A DNA stretch of 64,000 bases from an uncultured Clostridia bacterium (GTDB lineage Bacteria > Acidobacteriota > Aminicenantia > UBA2199). Shown in pieces: positions 8,992-18,872 of the stretch. The notes under the pieces were generated by a model that made no database searches, had not been told where the DNA came from, and was given only the letters and a program-made list of their open reading frames with translations. Every line of letters begins with the position of its first letter. The stretch's first letter is position 1. The stretch covers positions 29,437-93,436 of the forward strand of contig CAZVPI010000008.1 of the NCBI GenBank assembly GCA_964628035.1, read 5' to 3'. Made by a program: the position numbers and the translations under genes.

Positions 8992-10947
8992 ATGATACGC
9001 CTGCAGGACGTCCGGCTCGCCTATCGCGACAAGCCCATCTTCGCCGGGATCAGCTGGCTGATCTCCGACCGCAGCCGCGTCGGCCTGGTGGGCGACAACG
9101 GCGTCGGCAAGACCACCCTGCTGCGCGCCATCCAGGGCTCCGTGGCCCTGGACGGCGGGTCGATCGAAGTCTCGCGCTCGCAGCGCATCGGCTACCTGCC
9201 CCAGGACCTGGTCGAGCTGGAGCCGCTGCCGCTCATGGACACCCTGAAACGGCGCAGCGGCCACGAGGCGATGGAGCGGGCCGTGCAGGCCAGCCAGGAG
9301 CGCATCGCCGCGGGCGACCACGGCCGCGAGGGGTTCGCCTCGCTGCTCGACTGCTTCGACGCCGCCTCCGAGGCCTTTCTCCTGCGCGACGGCTATGGGT
9401 TCGAGGCCCGCGCCCGGCGCATCCTCAAGGGGCTGGGTTTCGCACCCGGCGACGAGGCGCGAAACTGCCGCGACTTCTCCGGCGGCTGGAAGATGCGCAT
9501 CCTGCTGGCCGTGCTCCTCCTCTCCGACCCGGAGATCATGCTGCTTGACGAGCCCACCAACCACCTGGACACCGACAGCATGGAATGGCTGGAAAGCTAC
9601 CTGCGGGGCTATGAGGGGACCCTGCTGGCCGTCTCCCACGACCACATGTTCCTCGACAAGATGGTGGGACAGGTCGCCGAGCTCGACCGCGGCCGTCTCA
9701 CCCTCTACAAGGGAGATTACAGTTATTATCTAAGGGAGAAGGAGCGCCGGGCGGCGGCGCTGGCCAAGAAGCGCGAGCTGCAGAGAGCCGAGATCAAGCG
9801 CATCCAGGCCTACATCGACCGCTTCCGCGCCAAGGCCAGCAAGGCCTCCGAAGTGCAGAGCCGCATCAAGCAGCTGGAGAAGTTCGAACTGCTGCCCGAG
9901 CAGCAGGGCGCCAAGGCCGTCCATTTCCGCTTCCCGGAGGGACGGCGCAGCGGCCGCGAGGTGCTGGCGGTCCGCGACCTGGCGAAGTCCTACGGCGGCC
10001 GCGAGGTCTTCGCCGGGGTGAACTTCACCCTGCAGCGCGGCGACAAGGCCGCCCTGCTGGGGGTCAACGGCGCAGGCAAGACGACCCTGGCCCGCATCCT
10101 GTCCGGGAGCGAGCCGCCCAGCCGCGGCGCGGTCGAATGGGGGTTCCAGGTGCAGACCGCCTTCTTCTCCCAGGAGAGCCAGGGCAACGTCGACTACGGG
10201 GGGACGGTATGGCAGGAGGCGCGGGGTGTCGAGGGCCGGGCCAGCGACCTGGAGGTGCGCAACCTGCTGGGCGCCTTCCTGTTTTCCGGCGACGACGTGA
10301 ACAAGCCGGTGGCGGTGCTCTCGGGCGGCGAGAAGAGCCGCCTGGCGCTGGTCAAGATCCTGCTCGGCGCCAGCAACTGCCTGATCCTGGACGAACCGAC
10401 CAACCACCTCGACCTCAAGACGAAGGAGATCTTCCAGAACGCGCTCCTGCATTATTCGGGGACGATCCTGCTGGTGTCGCACGACCGCCATTTCCTGGAC
10501 AACCTGGTGGGCCGGGTGCTGGAGCTTCGCGACGGCCGGCTGCACGAATACCTGGGCAACTATTCCGACTTCCTGCGCAGGCGCGAAGCCGAGCTGGCGG
10601 CCGAGGCGAGCGGGCAGTCCGCGCCGGCCCCCGTCCGCCAGGAGGAGCCGCGCAGAAGCGGGCGCACGCGCGAGGAGCGGCGGCTCGAGGCCGAGGAACG
10701 CAACCGCCTAGGCCGCGCCCGCCGCGAGCTGGCCGGGAAGGTCCAGGCGCTGGAGGCCGAGATCGGCGCGCTGGAAGAGGTCAAGAGCCGGAACCACAGG
10801 TGGTTGTGCGACCCCGATGTGCTCCGCGACTCGCCGCGCGTCCAGGAGCTCATGAAGGAGCTCAGCGCCGCCGAGACAAGGCTGAAGAAGCGTCTGCCCG
10901 AGTGGGAGAAGCTCATGGCTCAGCTCGAAGAGCTGAACGCGAACTGA
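8992..10947 (+). CDS. ABC-F family ATPase (two tandem ABC domains, Uup/EttA/YheS-like) with C-terminal coiled coil
   Basis: Two Walker A sites (GDNGVGKTT, GVNGAGKTT) and two signatures (FSGGWKMR, LSGGEKSR). No TM domain. Arg/Glu-rich coiled-coil tail. The ATG at 8992 gives MIRLQDVRLAY; the track ORF started at an upstream TTG. Confidence 0.85.
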   Translation: MIRLQDVRLAYRDKPIFAGISWLISDRSRVGLVGDNGVGKTTLLRAIQGSVALDGGSIEVSRSQRIGYLPQDLVELEPLPLMDTLKRRSGHEAMERAVQASQERIAAGDHGREGFASLLDCFDAASEAFLLRDGYGFEARARRILKGLGFAPGDEARNCRDFSGGWKMRILLAVLLLSDPEIMLLDEPTNHLDTDSMEWLESYLRGYEGTLLAVSHDHMFLDKMVGQVAELDRGRLTLYKGDYSYYLREKERRAAALAKKRELQRAEIKRIQAYIDRFRAKASKASEVQSRIKQLEKFELLPEQQGAKAVHFRFPEGRRSGREVLAVRDLAKSYGGREVFAGVNFTLQRGDKAALLGVNGAGKTTLARILSGSEPPSRGAVEWGFQVQTAFFSQESQGNVDYGGTVWQEARGVEGRASDLEVRNLLGAFLFSGDDVNKPVAVLSGGEKSRLALVKILLGASNCLILDEPTNHLDLKTKEIFQNALLHYSGTILLVSHDRHFLDNLVGRVLELRDGRLHEYLGNYSDFLRRREAELAAEASGQSAPAPVRQEEPRRSGRTREERRLEAEERNRLGRARRELAGKVQALEAEIGALEEVKSRNHRWLCDPDVLRDSPRVQELMKELSAAETRLKKRLPEWEKLMAQLEELNAN

Positions 10948-11185
10948 GGGGTGGTGATCGTGGTGGTAACCGCAATCAATGGAACAACAAACCCGAGATG
11001 GCGCAGTTCCGAAATAGAGAAATCATGTTGCCAAGTGGCAGAGGGATGGAGTTGTAAAGCGGAATAAGCCCCATACAGTGCATTTTTTCCGACGTTACCC
11101 CTCTGCAACGTTGTCTCTCTATCACTTTTAAAAACCACTTGAGCGCCTTCTCCACCACAACCACCAGCACGATCACCGCCGCTCA
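10948..11185. mobile_element. MITE/REP-like element with GGTGGTGATCGTGGTGG-type inverted ends, directly after the ABC-F stop
   Basis: Left end GGGGTGGTGATCGTGGTGGTAACC. Right end CACCACAACCACCAGCACGATCACC is an imperfect inverted complement. About 238 bp, non-coding. Confidence 0.45.
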
Positions 11186-11221
11186 AAAGGTAAAAGTGAG
11201 AGGCCTTGGGCTATCCCGGAT

Positions 11222-11300
11222 CATGAATTGCGAATCACGAATCACGATAACTTGCCTATAGATCGTTCCCTTGCTGTTCCAATCACCCATCACCAATTCC
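11222..11300. repeat. GTGATTCG-motif repeat (family 4 relative)
   Basis: GAATCACGAATCACGATAAC ... GTTCCAATCACCCATCACCAATTCCTCATCAC. Same motif family as 35862-35960 and 46905-47031. Confidence 0.4.
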
Positions 11301-11386
11301 TCATCACAAGAATGGGTTCGTTCAGGGCCTGCTCCTACCACTATCGCCATCACTTTTTCTTGTGCTAAAATGCCCTGGGAGGCAAC

Positions 11387-12130
11387 ATGAAACACCCCGT
11401 GCTCCTTGTGACCCTCGTTTCCATCCTCGCGATCCCGATGCTCCGGGCAGAGACCCTCGAGGATCTCCTGCAGCTGGGCGACGGGCTCTATGCCCGGCGC
11501 GGCGAGCCGGGAATGGCGGCCCAGGCCCTGGCCCGCTACCAGGAGGCGCTGAAGCAGGCGCCCGATGATTTCCCGGCGATCGTCAGGAACCTGCAGGCCT
11601 TGTATTTCGTGGGCGACCTGGCGGCCGACCAGGAACAGAAAAAGCGGCTTTTCAAGGAGGGCATGGACCTGGCGGCGCGCGCAGCGGCCCTGAAGCCCGG
11701 CCGCGTCGAGGGCCATTACTGGCTGGGGGTGCACACCGGGAGCTACGGTCAGGCGCGCGGCGTGCTCAAGTCGCTCTTCCTCAAGAACGACATCATCCGC
11801 GCCATGGAGCGCGCGATCGAGCTCGACGGCGCCTACGAGCAGGCCGGCGCCTACTGCGTGCTGGGCCGCCTTTACTACGAAGTCCCGGGCCTGTTCGGCG
11901 GCAGCAAGAAAAAGTCGCGCCACTACCTGGAGACCTGCCGCGGCATAGCCCCCAAGAGCTCGGTCTGCCTCCTTTTTCTGGCCGAGACCTACTGGGCGCT
12001 GGGCGAGAAGGACCTGGCCGTCAGGACCCTGGAGACGCTCCTGGCCCTGGAGCCCGACCCCGACTGGGTCCCCGAGACCGAGGCCGACAAGAGGGAAGGG
12101 GCGCGGCTGCTGAAAAAGTACAGAAAATGA
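11387..12130 (+). CDS. Secreted hypothetical protein, TPR-like helical repeats
   Basis: GGGAGG RBS. Signal peptide MKHPVLLVTLVSILAIPMLRA. Protein-like composition with Ala/Leu-rich helical repeats. No recognisable catalytic motif. Confidence 0.6.
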   Translation: MKHPVLLVTLVSILAIPMLRAETLEDLLQLGDGLYARRGEPGMAAQALARYQEALKQAPDDFPAIVRNLQALYFVGDLAADQEQKKRLFKEGMDLAARAAALKPGRVEGHYWLGVHTGSYGQARGVLKSLFLKNDIIRAMERAIELDGAYEQAGAYCVLGRLYYEVPGLFGGSKKKSRHYLETCRGIAPKSSVCLLFLAETYWALGEKDLAVRTLETLLALEPDPDWVPETEADKREGARLLKKYRK

Positions 12131-12176
12131 CCGCGCCCCCCCTTGCAATCGCGCCGGTTTTTTGGTAGATTTTAAA

Positions 12177-13265
12177 ATGACAAACACATACGTCCTGGCA
12201 ATAAACCCCGGTTCCACATCGACCAAGATCGCCATCTTCAAGGGCGAGGAGAAGGTCCTGGGCCAGAACATCTCCCATTCCGCGGAGGAGCTGGCGCCGT
12301 TCCCGCGCATCATCGACCAGCACCGCTTCCGCGAGAAGGTGATCCTGGAGTTCCTGAAAAAGAACGCCTTCGACGTCCGCCAGCTGGCCGCCGTCGTCGG
12401 CCGCGGCGGGCTGCTGGGTCCGATGGCCTCCGGCACCTACCGGGTCAACGACGACATGATCGAGTTCCTGCGCACCAACAAGACCGAGCACGCCTCCAAC
12501 CTGGGGGCGCTGCTGGCCAGCGACATCGCCAGGGAGATCGGCGTCGAGGCCTACATCGTCGACCCGGTGACCGTCGACGAGATGACCGAACTGGCCCGGG
12601 TCACGGGCCGCCCCGAGATCCCGCGCATCAGCATCTTCCACGCCCTGAACCAGAAAGCCGCCGCCCGCCTGGCCGCGCGCCAGCTGGGCAAGCCCTATGA
12701 CGCCTGCCGCCTGATCGTCGCCCACCTGGGCGGCGGCATCTCGGTCGGCGCCCACATCGACGGCAAGGTCGTCGACGTCAACAACGCCCTGAACGGCGAC
12801 GGGCCCTTCGCCCCCGAACGGGCCGGGTCGCTGCCCAGCTGGAGCCTGATCGAACTGGCCACCTCGGGCCGCTACGACCTGGCGGCGCTCAAGAAGATGA
12901 TCACCGGCCAGGGCGGCATCGTCGCCCACCTGCAGGTCAACGACATGCGCAAGGTGGAGGAGATGGTCAAGGCCGGCGACGCCAAGGCCACGCTGGTCTT
13001 CGAGGCCATGGCCTACAACGTGGCCAAGGAGATCGGCGGGCTGGCCGCCGTGATGGAGGGGCGGATCGACGCCGTCGTCCTGACCGGGGGCATCGCCTAC
13101 GACACGCTCTTCGTCGAACTGGTCCGCCGCCGCGTCGGCTTCCTCGGCAAGCTGATCGTCCTGCCGGGCGAGGACGAGATGGCGGCCCTGGCCCAGGGCG
13201 GGCTGCGCGTTCTGCGGGGAGAGGAGAAGCCGAAACACTGGAAGAAAGCAGGAGGAAACGCATGA
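12177..13265 (+). CDS. buk: Butyrate kinase
   Basis: MTNTYVLAINPGSTSTKIAIF is the acetate/butyrate kinase N-terminal ATP-binding motif. VAHLGGGISV. About 360 aa. Confidence 0.88.
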   Translation: MTNTYVLAINPGSTSTKIAIFKGEEKVLGQNISHSAEELAPFPRIIDQHRFREKVILEFLKKNAFDVRQLAAVVGRGGLLGPMASGTYRVNDDMIEFLRTNKTEHASNLGALLASDIAREIGVEAYIVDPVTVDEMTELARVTGRPEIPRISIFHALNQKAAARLAARQLGKPYDACRLIVAHLGGGISVGAHIDGKVVDVNNALNGDGPFAPERAGSLPSWSLIELATSGRYDLAALKKMITGQGGIVAHLQVNDMRKVEEMVKAGDAKATLVFEAMAYNVAKEIGGLAAVMEGRIDAVVLTGGIAYDTLFVELVRRRVGFLGKLIVLPGEDEMAALAQGGLRVLRGEEKPKHWKKAGGNA

Positions 13266-14167
13266 AGCCGATGAGGAAGCTGAGCGAGATCGAGACGCTG
13301 GTCAAGTCCAAGAAGAACTTCCAGATGGCCGTGGCCTACGGCCAGGACGAGGACACGATCCTGGCGGTCAAGCGCGCCGTCGAGGAGAAGATCGTCGACG
13401 CCATCATGATCGGCGACGAGAAGGTGATCCACGAGCAGTGCGCCCGGCTGAAGGTCGATCCCGGCCTGTTCCAGATCCTGAACGAGCCCGACGAGAAAAA
13501 AAGCGGCGACAAGGCCGTGCGCCTGATCATCGACGGCAAGGCCCAGATCCTGATGAAGGGGCTGATCTCGACCCCCTATTACCTGAAGCCCATCCTGAAC
13601 AAGGAATACAACCTGGTCGGCAAGGACGGCGTCCTGTCGCACACCGCCATCCTGGAGGTGCCGACGTACGACAAGCTGCTGTTGGTCTCCGACGTGGCCA
13701 TGATCCCCTACCCCGACCTGAGCCAGAAGATGCAGATGATCCAGTACAACGTCAAGATCGCGGCCAAGCTCGGGATCGAGAAGCCCAAGGTGGCGCTGCT
13801 GACGGCCAACGAGAAGGTCTCCGACAAGATGCCCTGCACCATGGAGGCGGCGGTCCTCGCCAAGATGGCCGAGCGCAAGCAGATCAAGGGCGCCGTCGTC
13901 GACGGACCGCTGGCCCTGGACGTGGCCATCTCCAAGCACGCCCTCGAGGTGAAGGGGCTGACATCGCCGGTCGAGGGCTACGCCGACATCCTGATCATGC
14001 CCAACATCGAGGCGGGGAACATCTTCTACAAGGCGACGACCCTTTTGGCCAAGGGCAAGCTGGCCGCCGTGGTCACCGGCGCCCCCTTCCCGGCCATCCT
14101 CACCTCGCGCGCCGACGACGACGACAGCAAGTATTATTCAATAGTCCTGGCGGCAGCCTTGGTCTAG
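13262..14167 (+). CDS. ptb: Phosphate butyryltransferase / phosphotransacylase
   Basis: PTA_PTB fold: ...SHTAILEVP...DVAMIPYPD...VALLTANEKVSDKMP...IMPNIEAGNIFYK. Its ATG overlaps the buk stop (ATGA). Confidence 0.85.
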   Translation: MKPMRKLSEIETLVKSKKNFQMAVAYGQDEDTILAVKRAVEEKIVDAIMIGDEKVIHEQCARLKVDPGLFQILNEPDEKKSGDKAVRLIIDGKAQILMKGLISTPYYLKPILNKEYNLVGKDGVLSHTAILEVPTYDKLLLVSDVAMIPYPDLSQKMQMIQYNVKIAAKLGIEKPKVALLTANEKVSDKMPCTMEAAVLAKMAERKQIKGAVVDGPLALDVAISKHALEVKGLTSPVEGYADILIMPNIEAGNIFYKATTLLAKGKLAAVVTGAPFPAILTSRADDDDSKYYSIVLAAALV

Positions 14168-14393
14168 AACTCAGTGACGAGCGACCAGTGCCGAGTGACA
14201 AGAGAAGACTAAAATTCCAGATCATGAATCCCGAATTCCAAACAAATCCTCAGCGCTGGATTCGAATGTCCCAAACGAAAGCCTTTGCGCGTGTCAGAAC
14301 TCGGTACCAAGTGGCCGCAAAGAAATGGCCTCAGTGATTCGCTCTATTGCGGTTCCTTGTTACTGGTCACTCGTCACGGGTCACTGAGCTGTT
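14165..14393. mobile_element. MITE/REP-like element, family 1, copy 2
   Basis: The left end TAGAACTCAGTGACGAGCGACCAGTGCCGAGTGACAAG begins within the ptb stop. The right end CTTGTTACTGGTCACTCGTCACGGGTCACTGAGCTGTTC is its inverted complement and abuts the stop of the convergent gene at 14394. Confidence 0.6.
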
Positions 14394-15194
14394 CTATTCC
14401 TCAGCCGCCATGGGCATGATGCTGGTTTCGGTGTAATCGGCGGGGATCTCGAAGAAGGCGGCGGGCAGGTTCTTGCTGCCCAGCGACAGCACCTCCATGA
14501 CCGTGCGGCTCTTTTCCTTGGCCCGGCCCTTCTTGTCGATCGAGGTGTTGACGGTGACCATCTTCAGGGGGAAGCCCAGGCCGGCCTCGGCCTTCATCTG
14601 CTGTTCGATCAGCGCGTCCAGGTCCTCGATGCCGGTCTTGAAGTCGCGGAAGCGGAAGGCCTCGGCCATCTCCTCCATGGCGCGGAACTTGGGGGTCGAC
14701 CAGGTCTCCTTCTCCACCTTCTCGTGGCTCTTGCTCTTGATGATGGCGATCTTCACTTCCATGTCGTATTCCATGAGCATCTTGCTGTGCAGGCAGGGGT
14801 AGCCGAGGAGGGTCTCGGTGCCGAGCTTCTCGACGTTGACCACCGGGTCCTTGATCTTGATCTTGACCAGCTTGCCGACCGCGCCGGCCAGTTGCAGCAT
14901 GGCGTTCAGCGGCAGGCGGGCGTAGGTCTTCTCCGCGGGGTTGACCAGGTACAGGGTCTCGTCGGCGGCCTTGAACAGCCAGTAGGAGCCCTGCTTGAAC
15001 ATCTCGCTCTCGTAGGCGACGGTCTCGAAGATCTGCTTGACGTTGCCGCCCTGGGCGTAAGCCTGCAGGACGATGGTGTTGCTCTGGCCCTTGGCCTCCG
15101 CCTGGGTGACGGTGCGGGCCTTCCATTCCACGCCGGCAAAGGAGCCTAACGCAAAGATCAGGATGAACAGCGAAACCAAAATGGCTTTTTTCAT
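14394..15194 (-). CDS. Secreted hypothetical protein
   Basis: AGGAGG RBS. Signal peptide MKKAILVSLFILIFALGSFAG. Protein-like composition, no recognisable motif. Confidence 0.6.
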   Translation of the reverse strand: MKKAILVSLFILIFALGSFAGVEWKARTVTQAEAKGQSNTIVLQAYAQGGNVKQIFETVAYESEMFKQGSYWLFKAADETLYLVNPAEKTYARLPLNAMLQLAGAVGKLVKIKIKDPVVNVEKLGTETLLGYPCLHSKMLMEYDMEVKIAIIKSKSHEKVEKETWSTPKFRAMEEMAEAFRFRDFKTGIEDLDALIEQQMKAEAGLGFPLKMVTVNTSIDKKGRAKEKSRTVMEVLSLGSKNLPAAFFEIPADYTETSIMPMAAEE

Positions 15195-15262
15195 GGTTTT
15201 TTCCTCCTGGGGTCTGGGAGCATTATATCTCAACGGCTCCAGAAATATCAATGCTCAAGTTT

Positions 15263-15484
15263 CTCGGCGTACGGCTTACGGCGTAAGGCGTACGGAAGAA
15301 ACAAAATCAACGCCCGCTGCCACCCCTACAACGATCACCACCGCTTAGAAATTGTTGAAGCTCATTGCTTGCTGTTGCTGACACCAACCCTAACACGGAA
15401 GCTGGTCTTCTTGCTTTTGCCGTTCGCCGTCAGCCGAGTCTGCCTTTCCTTCCGTACGCCGTATGCCCTACGCCGTACGCCGAG
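15263..15484. mobile_element. MITE/REP-like element, family 2 (CTCGGCGTACGG-type ends), copy A
   Basis: Left end CTCGGCGTACGGCTTACGGCGTAAGGCGTACGG. Right end CCGTACGCCGTATGCCCTACGCCGTACGCCGAG is its inverted complement. About 220 bp between a promoter region and the ALDH 3' end. Confidence 0.6.
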
Positions 15485-15487
15485 TCT

Positions 15488-16852
15488 TCAAGAGAGCACG
15501 ACGGTCTTGATGTTCACGAACTCCTTGAGCCCGTAGCCCGAGAGCTCGCGGCCGTAGCCCGACATCTTGACGCCGCCGAAGGGCAGCCGCGGGTCGGACT
15601 TGACCATGCCGTTGATGAAGACCGAGCCGGCCTCGATCCGCGCCGCCATCCCCGCCGCCCGCTGCGGGCGGGCGCTCCAGACCGACGCCCCCAGGCCGAA
15701 GGGGGTGTCGTTGGCGATGCGCAGCGCCTCCTCCTCGTCGTGGGCCTGGATCAGGGCGGCCACCGGCCCGAAGAGCTCCTCGTCGTAGGCCGGCATCCCC
15801 GGCTTGACGCCCTCCAGCACCGTGGGCTGGAAGAAGAATCCCCTGCCGGCGATGCGCCCGCCGCCAACGAGGACCCGGGCGCCGCGGCGCAGCGATTCCG
15901 CCACCTGGCGCTCCAGCTCCGCGACCAGGTCGGCGCGGGCCAGGGGACCCAGGTCGTTGGCCTCGTCGAGCGGGTCGCCGGTTTTCAGGCCCGCCACCGC
16001 GGCGGTAAAGGCCTTGCGGAAGCGGGAGTACGCCGGCTTGACGACGATGAAGCGCTTGGCGGCGATGCAGCTCTGGCCGTTGTTGATCATGCGCGCGCTG
16101 ACGGCGGCGGCGACGCATTTGGACAGCGGGGCGTCGGCCAGCACCAGGAAAGGATCGCTGCCGCCCAGTTCGAGGACCGTTTTCTTCAGGGCGCGGCCGG
16201 CGGCGGCGGCCACGGCGCGGCCGGCGGCGTCGCCGCCGGTGAGGGTGACGGCGCGCACCAGCGGATGGGCCACCAGCGGCTCGACCCGCTTCGAGCCCAG
16301 GCGCAGGGTGGTGAAGGCCGCCGGCGGAAAGCCGGCGCGGCGGAAGACCTCCTCGATGCGGCAGGCGCAGCCGGTGACGTTGGCGGCGTGCTTGAGCAGG
16401 CAGACATTGCCGGCCAGCAGCGCCGGGGCCGCGAAGCGGAACACCTGCCAGAACGGGAAGTTCCAGGGCATCACCGCCAGGACCACTCCCAGGGGATCGA
16501 AGCGCACATGGCTGGAGGCGGCGTCGGCCGCGACCGGCTCGGGGGCCAGCAGCTCCGGACCGCGCCCGGCGTAGTACTCGCAGACCAGGGCGCACTTCTC
16601 GACCTCGGCGATGGCCTGGAGGATGGGCTTGCCCATCTCCTCGCTCATCAGCCGCCCCAGGCCGTTCTTTTCCGCGCGCAGCACGGCCGCCGCCTTTCGC
16701 AGCGGCGCTGCGCGCTGGCCGCAGCCCAGGCCGCCCCAGGAGGCGAAGGCCCTGTGGGCCTTGCGCACGGCAGCCTCCACCTCGGCGTCCGTATGCTCCT
16801 CGTAGCTGGCGATCAGCTCGCCCGTGGCCGGATTTATGGATTTCAAGGCCAT
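15488..16852 (-). CDS. NAD(P)+-dependent aldehyde dehydrogenase (succinate-semialdehyde dehydrogenase-like)
   Basis: Start MALKSINPATGE. ALDH hallmarks: catalytic Cys in NNGQSCIAAKRF, Glu motif LELGGSDP, and FGPV. Confidence 0.85.
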   Translation of the reverse strand: MALKSINPATGELIASYEEHTDAEVEAAVRKAHRAFASWGGLGCGQRAAPLRKAAAVLRAEKNGLGRLMSEEMGKPILQAIAEVEKCALVCEYYAGRGPELLAPEPVAADAASSHVRFDPLGVVLAVMPWNFPFWQVFRFAAPALLAGNVCLLKHAANVTGCACRIEEVFRRAGFPPAAFTTLRLGSKRVEPLVAHPLVRAVTLTGGDAAGRAVAAAAGRALKKTVLELGGSDPFLVLADAPLSKCVAAAVSARMINNGQSCIAAKRFIVVKPAYSRFRKAFTAAVAGLKTGDPLDEANDLGPLARADLVAELERQVAESLRRGARVLVGGGRIAGRGFFFQPTVLEGVKPGMPAYDEELFGPVAALIQAHDEEEALRIANDTPFGLGASVWSARPQRAAGMAARIEAGSVFINGMVKSDPRLPFGGVKMSGYGRELSGYGLKEFVNIKTVVLS

Positions 16853-16903
16853 GAGCCCTCCCGTATTGGACAAACTGACCCATTCTAAACCAATCCAAAA
16901 CTT

Positions 16904-16970
16904 TTCAGCAACTTGAAGGTACGACGGTCCATCGAGGTTCCACGTACCATGTACCACGTTCCACGTTAGC
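16904..16970 (+). repeat. Dispersed about 60-bp repeat, family B (TTCAGCAACTTGAAGGTACGACGGTCCATCGAGGTTCCACGTACCATGTACCACG), copy 1
   Basis: Near-identical copies at 23264-23314 and 44925-44976. Reverse-orientation copy at 29809-29874. Partial copies at 34790-34825 and 23446-23560. Confidence 0.65.
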
Positions 16971-17048
16971 GCGCATCAGATGCTTTGGTGCAGGTCGAGC
17001 TCCAAGCGGGTACTTTGGCATAAAAAAGGCAAGAATGAAGAAAACGGG

Positions 17049-17176
17049 CATTTTTCTTACCCTACGCCTTACGCCCTATGCCTTACGCCAAGTGTATTTT
17101 GCTTTGCTAACGTCGTCACTGAAGTCCGTCTTCTTGCTGCTGCCGTACGCCGTGCGGCCTATGCAGCACGCCGAGC
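17049..17176. repeat. Family 2 element remnant (two right-end-type GCCTTACGCC/CCGTACGCC blocks)
   Basis: CCCTACGCCTTACGCCCTATGCCTTACGCCAAG and CCGTACGCCGTGCGGCCTATGCAGCACGCCGAG are both in right-end orientation, so this is a rearranged or truncated copy. Confidence 0.4.
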
Positions 17177-17260
17177 CGCGCCTTTGACACATCGACCGTC
17201 CTTTGATATAAGGAAATTCCGCGAGCAAACGCTTCGATCACGGGCTTCACCGGAGGTTCT

Positions 17261-18658
17261 ATGGGCGGATTCTTCGGCGTGGCGTCCAAGGGCAACTGCC
17301 TGGCCGACGTCTTCTACGGCACCGACTACCACTCCCACCTGGGGACCAAGCGCGGCGGCCTGGCCCTGGCCGGAGACGGCGGCTTCGCGCGCGTCATCCA
17401 CAACATCGAGAACACCCAGTTCCGCTCCAAGTTCGACGCCGACCTCGGACGCCTGAGCGGCCGCTGCGGCATCGGCGTCATCAGCGACACCGACGACCAG
17501 CCGCTGCTCATCCGCTCGCACCTGGGCGACTACGCGCTGGTCACCGTGGGCGTGGTGGCCAACGCCGAGGCCCTGGCCCGCGACGCCTTCCGCCAGCGGC
17601 GCCTGCACCTGGCGGAGATGGGCAGCGGCGACATCAATCCCACCGAGGTCGTGGCCTCGCTGATCAACCGCGAGGACAGCTTCGAGGCCGGCATCGCCCG
17701 CGTGCTGGCCGAGGTCGAGGGCTCCTGCTCGCTGCTCGTGCTCACCCGCGACGGCCTCTTCGCCGCCCGCGACCGCCGCGGCCGGACGCCGGTGATCATC
17801 GGCCGCAAGCCGGGGGCCACGGCGGTCAGCTTCGAGACCTGCGCCTTCGCCAACCTCGACTATCTCCCCGAGCGCGGCCTGGGGCCGGGAGAGATCGCCT
17901 TCGTCGGCGCCGAGGGCTGGGAGACGCGCAAGGCGGCGGAGGAGCGCCTGCAGATCTGCTCCTTCCTGTGGGTCTATTACGGCTATCCCGCCTCCACCTA
18001 CGAGGGGATCAACGTCGAGGAGGTGCGCAACCGCTGCGGCGCCGCGCTGGCCGGCCGTTTCCCGGTCGCCGTCGACTACGTGGCCGGCATCCCCGATTCG
18101 GGGATCGGCCACGGGCTGGGCTATGCCGCCGCCGCCGGGCTCCCCTTCCGCCGCCCCTTCGTCAAGTACACCCCCACCTGGGCCCGCAGCTTCATGCCCC
18201 AGCACCAGGAGGTGCGCGACCTGGTGGCGCGCATGAAGCTGATCCCCATCCGCGAGCTGATCGCCGGCCGGCGCATCCTCTTCTGCGAGGACTCGATCGT
18301 GCGCGGCACCCAGCTGGGCGACACCATCCGCCGCCTCTTCGACGCCGGCGCCGCCGAGATCCACATGCGCCCGGCCTGCCCGCCGCTCCTCTTCGGCTGC
18401 AAGTTCCTCAACTTCTCGCGCTCGCGCTCGGAGATGGACCTGGCCACGCGCCGGGCGATCCGCGAACTGGCCGGAGCCGACGCCGATCCGGCGGCCTTTG
18501 TGCGCCCGGACGCCGACGGCTTCGCGGGCATGGAGGAATGGATCCGCCGCCGCCTCGGCCTCACCTCCCTCAAGTACCAGTTGATGGAGGACCTGGTGGC
18601 GGCCATCGGCCTGCCCAAGGAGAAGCTGTGCACCTATTGCTGGGACGGAGTAGAATAG
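17261..18658 (+). CDS. Amidophosphoribosyltransferase-like protein (PurF homologue) lacking the N-terminal catalytic Cys
   Basis: GGAGG RBS. The N-terminus MGGFFGV replaces the canonical MCGI(V/F)G. The PRPP-binding loop is retained (RILFCEDSIVRGTQ), with C-terminal cysteines CPPLLFGC...CTYCWDG. There is an in-frame upstream stop at about 17204, so no Cys-containing extension is possible. Confidence 0.8.
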   Translation: MGGFFGVASKGNCLADVFYGTDYHSHLGTKRGGLALAGDGGFARVIHNIENTQFRSKFDADLGRLSGRCGIGVISDTDDQPLLIRSHLGDYALVTVGVVANAEALARDAFRQRRLHLAEMGSGDINPTEVVASLINREDSFEAGIARVLAEVEGSCSLLVLTRDGLFAARDRRGRTPVIIGRKPGATAVSFETCAFANLDYLPERGLGPGEIAFVGAEGWETRKAAEERLQICSFLWVYYGYPASTYEGINVEEVRNRCGAALAGRFPVAVDYVAGIPDSGIGHGLGYAAAAGLPFRRPFVKYTPTWARSFMPQHQEVRDLVARMKLIPIRELIAGRRILFCEDSIVRGTQLGDTIRRLFDAGAAEIHMRPACPPLLFGCKFLNFSRSRSEMDLATRRAIRELAGADADPAAFVRPDADGFAGMEEWIRRRLGLTSLKYQLMEDLVAAIGLPKEKLCTYCWDGVE

Positions 18659-18872
18659 GAACGAGCTACAGTGAAGAGTAAAAAGCGAACAGTGTAAGAG
18701 TCGTGAAGAAACCAAGAGCAAGCAAACCGAAAAGCAAACAATGGACTATAGTGAAAAGGTCTAGAGAGAGACAAACGCAAGCACCGGTTCACACATTCAA
18801 CTTCAAGACGACGAATTGCTCTTTTTGTTTCACTTTTCACTTTTCACTTTTCACTTACAAGGAGGTTTTCGC

